A program made the position numbers and the translations under genes. A stretch of 64,000 nucleotides of DNA from the NCBI GenBank assembly GCA_001643675.2, contig LSRY02000005.1, forward strand, positions 372,001 through 436,000. The letters are read 5' to 3'. Shown here one piece after another: positions 54,501-64,000 of the stretch. The DNA is from Monocercomonoides exilis PA203. Its lineage: Eukaryota > Protista > Preaxostyla. The notes under the pieces are model-generated. The model did not search any database, was not told the origin of the DNA, and saw only the letters and a program-made list of their open reading frames with translations. Position 1 is the stretch's first letter. Each line of letters opens with the position of its first letter.

Positions 54501-56740
54501 GGATGAAGGTGACTGAGGACAAAGGATGGAAGGAAGAAGATGATTATTTTTTTGTGAGGGAGTTATTGAACTCGTCAGTTGAGTTGAAAAGGATTGAGCT
54601 GATTGGAGATGAAATTGGGAGGATTGTGTGTGGAACGAGGGGGAGTGTGGTTGTGGTGAAGGGATGTGGTGTGGAGATGGGGAGAGGCAAGGAGGCAGGG
54701 GTGTTTGAGCTGGGAGGGTGCAGAGGGGTGTTTTGGAACATCACGCTGAGAGGGATTGGAAGGGGAGGAAATGTGTGTGGGAGACTGTTTGGAGGAGAGG
54801 GGAGGATGGGGCAGACGGGGAATGAGAGAGAAGGTGGGGGAGGAAGAGGAAGAGGAGGATGGGGAAGAGGAAGCGGAAGAGATGAAGGAGGAGAGAGAGG
54901 AGGACAACGAGGAGGCGGAGGAAGAAGAGGTGGAGAAGGAAGAGGAGAAGGAAGAGGAGAAGAAAGCAAAGGAGGAGGGAGTGTATTGGTGAGTGAGTCA
55001 GATTTCTCATCTTTTTGTGTGTCTTCAGCCCCGTTTCTGGCGCCTCCCCTGACACCACTTGTGACACTCACCCAGCTGACCTTCTTCAACATCTCCACAA
55101 ATCCATCAAAAGCGACACATCTGGGTGAAGGGGTGAGCCAAAGAGTGTTTCTGATGAGTGGATGTGAATTAGTATCAGTGTGGGATGTGTATGATGGGGG
55201 CATTGTCCCCTCACTGAACAGCCCCTCATCATCCTTGGCTGCCTCGAACACCTCGTTTGTCAGGTGCTATCGATCACAGAATGTTGCAGTCAATGGGAGT
55301 GAGGGGAATCCGTCGAAGCCAGCGAGACAGCAGATTACAGATAACGGAGCGAATTCGTTCACTTGGTGTGTGTGGAATGGGTCAAAAACCACTGGAACAG
55401 GAACTTCTTATTCAGATGGAACTTCAAATGGTGGAGCGATTTACATGTATAACAAGGCATCTGGAACTCTTTCAGTGAAGTTTTGTTCGTTCAACGATTG
55501 CTATGCATATTGTGCTGGGGGAGGTATTATGTGCTATATAATCAGTTCAATCAAGATTGAGAACAACTCGTTCGATGCATGTACTGCTCAAAGTCATACT
55601 GGATGAGGGATGTATGCTTATAATATTAAATCATGTGTCAGGGTCAGTGGTTGTGAATTCCAGAAATGTTCTGCTTATGGCTGGGGGGGAGGCCTTTATC
55701 TTGATAATTTTCAGGTTTCAGGAATAGACTGAATAGGAACAATTAATTTGCTTTATGTTTGTGAAAAAAATGAAGCTTTGCAATTAGACAGATTCTTTTT
55801 GGCTTTCATTGATGTTTCAAAATTTTCTTCTTTTTTTTTTAAGTTTAATCTTTTTTCTTCATTTCATTTGTACACTGGTAAATTGAAATAAATATTTTGT
55901 AATTGATAAAGTTAATTATATGTTTATTGAAAAATCAAATTAATGTGTTATGTAAAACAAGTTCTTCTATAGAATTTATCAAAAACATGAAGATCTCATA
56001 AGAATACAGATAAATGAATAATCTCATGTAGATAAATGAAGTGGAAATTTCATAAATAAAAAATTCTTCAATTAAATAAACAAAGTCCAATGTTTGAAAT
56101 GAAGAAAAAACATAAAACAATGAAAAACAAAATAATTTTTTAACCAAACATTACGGTCACTTTTCACATTTTATCTTAAATATTTGAAATGATAACATGT
56201 TATTATCATGATTTGACCTATCTTTTATCTAAATACTCTTTCTCCATCAAAAAATACAGAACATTTATATTTGAAAACATATTTCATATTTTAAAAATCT
56301 TCATTCGTCATAAATCGAATGTGCGTCATTCACGACATAAATACGGTTATAAAAAGCACAGTTTCCAAACAAAAACCTTGAAATTTCGAATTAAATTTCA
56401 TAAATCAATTATTTTTGTATTTTTTGATGATAGTTAATAAAAAGCAGTAAAAAATTAATATAATATAATCATACTCAAATTGTAATCTTCAATAATAGAT
56501 AATTGGACTTGTTCGATGTTGTGATATCAAATAATTCAAATAAAATAAATAACTCAAAAATTAAATGTTATAATGGAATTTATAAGTTTTTCTCAAAGTG
56601 ACTTGGTTTTCAAAAATTCATTCACAATTCTTTTTCTATTTAATTATAAACATGTATTTTTGACTTTTTCTCTTTATACCACAATTATTTAAAAAAAGAT
56701 CTTTCTTCGAACAAAGTTACGATATGAAAAATAATGACCC
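51570..56740. mobile_element. 5.2-kb non-autonomous cargo element with perfect 335-bp TIRs and ATAT target
   Basis: 51570-51904 is the exact reverse complement of 56406-56740. GGGTCAT termini; ATAT at 51566-51569 and 56741-56744. Confidence 0.93.
54497..55740 (+). pseudogene. Fragment of the Cys-rich GGA-repeat surface-protein family (cargo)
   Basis: SDFSSFCVSSAPFL, YDGGIVPSLNSP, GGAIYMY, GGGIMC. In-frame TGA at 55604 in a GGG motif; truncated against the AT-rich arm. Confidence 0.7.
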
Positions 56741-56964
56741 ATATTTGAATTTTGAAAGAAATCCAATTTCTCATGGGGGGAAATGGGGGGGGGGGGGGGG
56801 GGGGGGGTTCAAGTCCTTCCATTGAGCTTTCATGAGAAATTGGACTGCACAAATGTTTGTAAATATTTCTAATTCATTCAAAAATTTAAATATTAATTAA
56901 AAATTCTTCAATGAGATTTAATAAATAAAAAAATTTATTAACGATCATTTCCCATAATATATAA

Positions 56965-58605
56965 ATGAAATTGCTAGTGAAAAAGAAAGCTGAAGCGGCG
57001 CAGAAGCGGCTGAAGGAAGCAATGTCAACATAACGTTACAGGAAATATAGTTCAAGATTAGAAAGGATTGCGCACATTGTTAATGACAATGTTGTCAGGC
57101 TGGTTGATGGAGTCAAATACGGTGGAAAAAGCAAGAAGTCATTGGAGCATGCTGTTAAAGCTATAAAAAACGGCAGGCCTATTGCAAAAGTTGGGCACCC
57201 ACCAATTATTAGTGGCGAAAAAGAAAAGCAATTCTTGGAAGAAGTGACAATTAAATCTTTCTCTGGGACAAGCCTCACATTACGAAAAGCGCGCGATCTG
57301 GTTTGTAATTGATATTTGAATTGTATATTAATTTGTATTTCGATGGAAAATATAATAAACGATAGTGAGGAAGAAGGAGAAAAAGAAGAAAAGAAGAAAA
57401 AGACAGTCACTCTGAAGACAGTTTACGCATTCATAAAGCGCCATCCGGAATTGAAGTCCTCGCTGCCAAAGCAAGTTGATATTAACAGACTTGCTGCATC
57501 TTGTCAAAAAGTCCTTAAGCCGTGGTATACGGAATTACAAGCATCACACGACGAAAATAAATATCCAGAGGAACTAATCTTCAATATAGATGAATCTTCG
57601 CTTCGCATTCCAACTTCTTCACGCGGTGTTGTTGTTCATCCCGCAGATGAGCAAGCTGGATTCAAAAAGACTGCCGAAAGGATGCCGAATGCCACTCTCG
57701 TTGCTGGAATAGCTGCTGATGGCTTCTCTCTTCCGTCTGTCGTGCTGTGGCCGAGCGCAAATCTTCCAAAAGAACTTACAACACTGTTGACGCCGTCGCT
57801 TGACATTTGGCCAAACACAAACGGCTGGATGGATAAAACGTCATTCAAAAAATACGCCTTAACAGTTCTGCTGCCAGCTATCATTGACAGAAGAAAGCGA
57901 ATTCTAAAAGAATCTCATCGTTGCCTTCTTCTCCTGGACTAGCACTCATCACGGGATGATCCAACTACATGGAGACAGTTCAAGGAAGACGAAATTGACG
58001 TCGTCACCTTCGTTCCACACACCACGCACATATCGCAACCGCTGGACAGAGGCGTACTTGCAGTATTGAAGTCAGAGCTATCAAACAATTACAGCTCTCC
58101 ATCATCCACCTCCTCATCTTCAAAAAGAACAGCTGTTGCAGATGTGTTGCCACAAGCCCTTCACACAGCATTCACCCCATCAGTCATCAAAAAAGCCTTC
58201 ATTAACAGCGGAGTCCTCAGCAATGGATCTGGATCGGTGCTTATGAAGCTTCCTCAGTCTTCTCAATTCTTCATTCCTACTCATTCTCATTGTTTCGACT
58301 TCTTCGGAAAAGAAATAACAAAAGAAAAACTTCTTGATGAATGGGATGAATATTATGAAAAGCACAAGATGAAAATTGAAGAAATTGAAGAAAAAGATAA
58401 GGAAATTGAAGAAAATGTTGAAAATGAAAAAGAAATTGAAGAAGAAGAATTGCCCTTGGAGAAAAAAGTGAAAAGAAAATTCAGAAAAATTAAGAATGAT
58501 GACGATGAAACAAGTGATGAATTTGACCCCTTTGAACGTGAAAATGGAAAAAGAAAAGTTAGAAGAGTAATTGATTCGAGTTTTGTATTTTTTGATGTGT
58601 TTTAA
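56965..58605 (+). pseudogene. pogo/Fot1-like DDE_1 transposase (DD35D), with in-frame stops
   Basis: IFNIDES; NGWMDK; LLLLD*HSSR; PHTTHISQPLD, with 35 residues between D2 and D3. TAA near 57031 and TAG at 57940. Confidence 0.9.
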
Positions 58606-59678
58606 ATTTTTTTTCATTTCAAAAAATTTTGGTGCCAATAAAGAAAAAAGTGCCAATAAAAAGATGACCCAATAAATAATCATACAAAACTCATCTTAAC
58701 TATTCTGAAAAAATAAATAAAAATTTCAGATTCAGTTCATATATCAAATGTCAATTTATTTGCCAAAGTTATCATTGATGCTTGCAGAATAATTGTCAAG
58801 ACATTACAACAACGGAATACGCCTTAACAAACAAATCATAAACACAACTTTCACAAGAGAACAACAGGAGGTGAAGTGCATTCAAAACTCAGATTTAAGA
58901 ATGAAGATAATTTCCACTTAATATCCAATAAAAGTTCAATGCTTTATTCCTTTCACAATAGAAGAATAGGCAAGAACAACAACGTCCAATTTCTGAATTG
59001 CAGAATTCATTCTTCAAACAATTTTGCCTTCATTTCAGTTTTACTCTGAATTGTCACAAAGGCATCAAAATGGTGAATGTTCCTTTTCATTTCCAAATTT
59101 CTGTTCTCACGTTTTGCAGTTCTTATTCTTTATCTTTTAAACAGTTTTATAAACCTTTGAATTCCAATATGGATGATTGAGATTGATAAATGCTTACACA
59201 TTCATCAAAGAGATATTCATATCTTTGTTCTTTATTATTCAGAAGAAACCCTTTTGTGTTCAAAATGGAGTTTTAATTAAACTTTGATTATAGCACTAAT
59301 TCGATACATTGAATGCATTCCGATATTTTTGTCTTCTTGAGTGAAGAATGAAATGAAAACTCAATAAGCCTAGATTTTTTGAGTACATTTGCAAAGCATA
59401 AAAATAGTTTTTCCAATAAGTTCACAAGCATCAAATACATATGCACGAAAACATGTAATTAAAAATTTCATTGACAAGCAAATTCGAGGTTTCTTTTTGG
59501 TTGGTAAAACAACCCCATAATAATTTCACATTTGTTAATTTTCAATAGAATTATTGTAGTTCTTTGTATGAGTGAAAATGATGAAAATGATGAATGTTTT
59601 GTTGTATGAAATATATATATTATTATTATTATAATGTTATTTATGTTTGTTCTTTTCAAGCCAACTCAATTTTTGGAA

Positions 59679-62600
59679 ATGTCAAAGAATGCAAAACAAA
59701 TAACTCAAAAGACGTTTAATAATCTTATTCTTGCTAAAAGTGTGCTTAAAATACATTTTCAAAGAAATGTTGGTAATTTTATATTTATTTTAATTTTAAA
59801 TGGTAAGGAACTGACGAAAATGAACAATTGGATAAATATGACAAACCTTTTTTGTCTTTAACCTCTCAACTGGAACAACTACGTTCAGTTGAAACAAAAC
59901 ATTTCCCATGGTATATGCGACCAGAGTATAAATCACTTCTTCCCCTTGACGAGCAAGTCCGCTTCAATCCTTCTCCGATGGGAAGAGCAGAAGAAAGAAA
60001 GATAGCAAACCAAAAAATGCCTGTTCAAACTGCAATAACTGTTTTACAACGATGGTGGAGAATGGTCAAAACGAGAAGAATATGGAAAGGTCATAGAGTT
60101 TGCTTTCTTTTCTTTTCTTTTCTTTTCTTTGAATTGCTTTTTAACGAAATGATTGCGTCACTTTTAATTATCATGTTTCTTCGACAAAAGATTTTAATTA
60201 GCATTGGGAGGAAATGGATTTTAACGCCTTTTTTTATCTCTTGGAAGCAATATACTGAAGCCTCTCTCAAAGCTCGAACACATTTTCTTCCGTATTTTTT
60301 TAAAAAATGGAAGACTCATGCATCCAACCGGAGAAAAGTGTGCACAATCATATTTATTTTAAAACTCTGTGCTATTTTCTTTTTTTAAAAAAATCTGTCT
60401 TCATTCTTTTCTTTTCTATTCTTTTCTTTATCAAAAATATTAATGAAGATATCAACTATCCAAAACAAATCTCATTTTTCACTTCCACCTTCTCGAATCA
60501 TTCGTTCTTGGCACATGTATGCACAAAGACGTATTCAACATCGTAAAGCATGTATTATTTTTTGTGATAATGAAATTCAAAAAATTTTTTTCTTTTCCTT
60601 TATAATTTAAATATGTTTCCTTTTTTGCACTTTTGTCAATTTTTTCGATCCCAGATCGTTGCAGCATTTCGCGAAGCCTCGCTTTTGAAAAAGATGAAAG
60701 CAAGCCTTCAGTTTTGGCTCAATTTTTCAAGGGATAAAGTGTGTTTTTACAAGTGTTTCACGAAACTTTTGCAAAGAGTTATTTCATTTATTTTATTGCA
60801 ATTTTAATAATTTTCTTTTATTCCTTTTCTTTTCTTTTCTTTTCTTTTCTTTTCTTTTCTTTTCTAACCTTTTTTTTTATATAATTATTATTATTAACAT
60901 ATTTATCGGATTAACTTTACAATCAACCGTTTATTTTTATGTATTTTCAGAAATTCCGTCGTTTGAGAAAGCATGGAATTGATGCTCCCACTCAAGGAAG
61001 AGGTGCATCAACTTTGCCATGTTGGGAGAAATACAAGAAGGAAAAAATGGAAATTGATAAAGAAAAAGAAGAGTTAAGTATTTATGTGTGATCTATTTCT
61101 TGATGAAAATACATCAATTTTATTTGAATTTCGCTGTGGAAATTGGATTTATCATTGAATCACGTATTTCATCCAATGAATTTTAGTTCACACAAATTTT
61201 TCCTGTACGCATGGTTTTAGGTCGTTTGACAGAGTTTTTACAGTATAAAGATGCAAAGCAAGAAAGGTTATGAAAAATTTCTTGTTGGATAATTTTGATA
61301 TTTCACAAATTGACGAGGAAAGATTCATTTCTTTTTGAAGAAAGTGATTTATTTTTTGTAATTTTTATTTGTGCTTCGTATTCTTTCTTTTTTTCTTTTC
61401 TTGTGTTTTTTTAATGGTATCTTTTTTGTTCTTTTCAGAAATGAGTGGGTTCGCACAGTTTATGCTCCTTTTCACATAAAGCGTGAAGCTTTGTCAAGAT
61501 GGATTATATTTCACAGGGTTTGAGCAATCACCTTTCAAATCAGAACATTTCGCTCTAAATTTAAACAAATATAACTCTTTTTGTATTTAATCTGTTTGAA
61601 TTTTGTTCTTTGGCGTGATTTCGCTTTGAATGACGTGCTGAAATACACTCAGTATTTGAGGCCACTCACAAAGAAATGCTTTTCAAATTGGAGTGATTGG
61701 TCAAAAGAGAAAGTTCGGTTTGCGCTCTGTCATTGAATTATTATTATTATTATTATTATTTTATATGCTCTTTATTTCACTTGCTGTGATATTGAAGATT
61801 GATGTCTGCTGAAGAGAAAATACGGACGCAGCACCATTTTTATTTGACCCGCGGAGCTTTTCGCGTCTGGGCACACTTCCAAAAGACGAAGCACATGTGC
61901 CATGTTGCTGGTTTGTGCTCAAAAAATCCAATTTTAATAAAATCAAGTATTTTATTCTGCAAATTGCCAAACATTTGTGCTTTCTGCTGAACACGCATTA
62001 TGCTTTTTCCTTTAAGCCACACTTACAATTCGATCTGCTCCTACAAAATTGCTTTATTATGCATACGTTTTAAAGAAGGATAAAGCTCGTGCCACGTTTG
62101 TTCGCGCATTTCTGCACTGGAAAACGATTGCAAAAGTATAATGAATCTTTTTTAGCACTGTTCTTTAACAGATTTATCTTTCAATTGAACTTTTGATTTG
62201 ATGAATTTGAATGAATTATCTTTTTGATAAACTTAAAAATTTATCCATTTTTCAAACAAACATCCTTCAGCGACGTGTTGCATTCGAGCGATTTCTAACT
62301 CTTCACTTTCTGTCAGAAAGAAGGCGAGTGCTAATGTTTTATTTTCGATATTGGAGGTTTGAGAATTTTTGGCTGTTATAAACGAAAGTCATTGAAATTA
62401 CAAAATTTGAAATAAACTCTTCTTTTCTTATCTTTTTGCAAAAAAAATCTAATAAATTTTTTGGGGGAAACGATTTTCATTTTAATTGAAATAAACAGAG
62501 GAGAAGCAAGAAAAGCCAACAGCATCACGTCTGACGAGTTTGTTAAGCAGGAGGCTTGGGCGCAGTGCAAAAGATCTCATATGGGATGGCTTGTCAATTT

Positions 62601-63214
62601 TATCCTCAATTTTTTAGAGATGATTTGAAGCATTCTGATCTCTGATTTCTTTTTAGCTTGTATTTCTGCGATGAATGCGGAGCTTTGGTGAAGGAGCCAT
62701 TTGTTGATGTTTGTCTGGATCGTTGTTTTATAACCCTTTTTCACTGTTTTTTTCTTTGCGTTATTATTATTTTGTAATTATAACAAAAATTCCTCATTAT
62801 TCATGATCACTTGTTAAATTTTTTCTTTATTTTTTCTGATTTCTGAATGTGTTTTTTCAATTCAGTTGCACCTTCTGTCACCGCTTTCACGTTACATGGC
62901 GTCCACAAGCAGACTTCGCGATCTAACACTTTTCACTGATTCTGTTGTTGATATCACAAATGTGTCATCTGATGCAGTTCCTCAGTCGACAACTGTATGA
63001 CAAATGAAATTGAAGGAGAATGATATCATCTCTTAACATTTGTTTCTTTCTTTCTGCATTTGTAAATGCTAATTATGAAATTTTAAAATAAATTCAATGT
63101 TGTCAAACAACTTTCACTCTTTATCAACTTTATTTTCTTTTTTGCAATTACATTACTTTTTCACTTATTTCTCTTTCTATTTCTAAAATCACATTTTTTT
63201 TACCATTCATTCAT

Positions 63215-63248
<34 letters not shown>

Positions 63249-64000
63249 AAGCCTCAATTGGAAGATATACACTCAGTTGGCGTCGAGTCATCTCCTCCTT
63301 CGTTTGGCTTACTCTATTCGCGCCAGTCATTTCCTTACGCTTCTCCCGACAGAATGTACCTGCCATTGTCCTACAGCTCTTTGTGGCCAGACTCCTCGTT
63401 GTGTCACTATTGTGTGTGCAACAAAGCAGAAATGGATGCAGGTGATCCAAAGAAGCGCTCGAAAGAGCAGCTGAAAAGAGGAATTTCTCGATCACAGCTG
63501 TCTCGTATGCCTGGTGCGGATGTCATATACTCACCAGCTTTCAAAGCTGATCATGATTTGAATGTGAACGGAGATTCTGCTAAAAGAATGGAAACGTTGG
63601 TGATGTTTGAGCAGAAAGACTGTATGCGAAACTGTCGAAGAATAATCCTTTTTTATCAAGCAAATTTTCTCTTTTTTTCGATAGTTGGACTACTGAGTAT
63701 ATTTATTATTTAACTGTTTTCAAGTGATGTGGTTATTTTTGAATATTTGTAATGCAATTTATTTTCATTCTGATTCTTCAATTTATTTTTCATTTTTGCA
63801 TAAAATAGTAACATTTCTGCTTCGAAAAATCGCGTTTCTGCTCGTTCACCAGAACAACATGACTCATCCCGTTCTCAGCTTTTCTTCTCAATCTTCTCCA
63901 ACAGCGCAAGACTTGTATCATCAAAGAGTGAAAATGATTTTGGTTAAATACGTTTGTAATGCATTTATTGCATTTTAATTTATATTATTATGATAATAAT
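59679..64000 (+). CDS. Intron-rich gene with an IQ-like motif and Sfi1-like (F..W) repeats; 3' end outside the window
   Basis: AITVLQRWWRMVKTRR; periodic FFISWKQY, FFKKWKTH, SLQFWLNF, LSRWIIF, CFSNWSDW, AFRVWAHF, AFLHWKT in short exons between AT-rich GT-AG introns. Start uncertain. Confidence 0.55.

Larger units (their letters stand above)
51442..58670 (+). mobile_element. pogo-like (DDE_1) transposon, about 2.05 kb excluding the nested insertion
   Basis: Left end GGGTCATCTTTTTTGTTGGAACTTTTTTCTTTATTGGCAC versus right-end reverse complement GGGTCATCTTTTTATTGGCACTTTTTTCTTTATTGGCAC. Encloses the transposase at 56965-58605. No TSD resolved. Confidence 0.78.

Noticed and set aside
23780-57942. 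In-frame TAG/TAA codons in several transposases, suggesting UAR=Gln recoding as in Streblomastix
   Set aside because: The 1479-aa and 1917-aa host ORFs contain no internal TAR, host genes end in TAG and TAA, and the transposases also have in-frame TGA and frameshifts. Ordinary decay explains them.
50900-59550. Possible minus-strand host gene interrupted by the pogo element (50900-51440 plus 58680-59550)
   Set aside because: I could not assemble a consistent spliced frame or recognise a motif.
1-64000. CRISPR array, rRNA or prokaryotic operon
   Set aside because: Eukaryotic intron-containing DNA. The repeats are microsatellites or TIRs with no repeat-spacer periodicity.

Overview
AT-rich, intron-containing eukaryotic DNA read with the standard genetic code. 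The 2255-aa receptor-pseudokinase family and the GTTTG splice donors suggest the oxymonad Monocercomonoides or a relative (inference). There are four apparently functional host genes: an SLC35F6-like transporter, an SRPK kinase, a 2255-aa surface receptor-pseudokinase, and an Sfi1/IQ-repeat gene that runs off the right end. Most of the rest is nested DNA transposons. The main finding is an 18.2-kb element (13946-32146) with GGGTGAT termini flanked by ATAT on both sides. Removing it restores the reading frame of a pogo-like transposase it interrupts. At its centre is a Sola2-like DDD transposase with a complete USP (peptidase C19) deubiquitinase domain inserted in frame, followed by a structured RNA-like segment. 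This core sits between internal inverted arms and blocks of captured host-gene fragments. A related 5.2-kb non-autonomous element (51570-56740; perfect 335-bp TIRs, ATAT flanks, cargo fragments) lies inside a second pogo copy. Also present: a third cargo-carrying inverted-repeat element, a MITE carrying a tRNA-like Pol III unit and telomere-like motifs, a Tc1-type MITE, and hAT and Merlin/IS1595 transposase pseudogenes. All alignments and family calls were made by eye.
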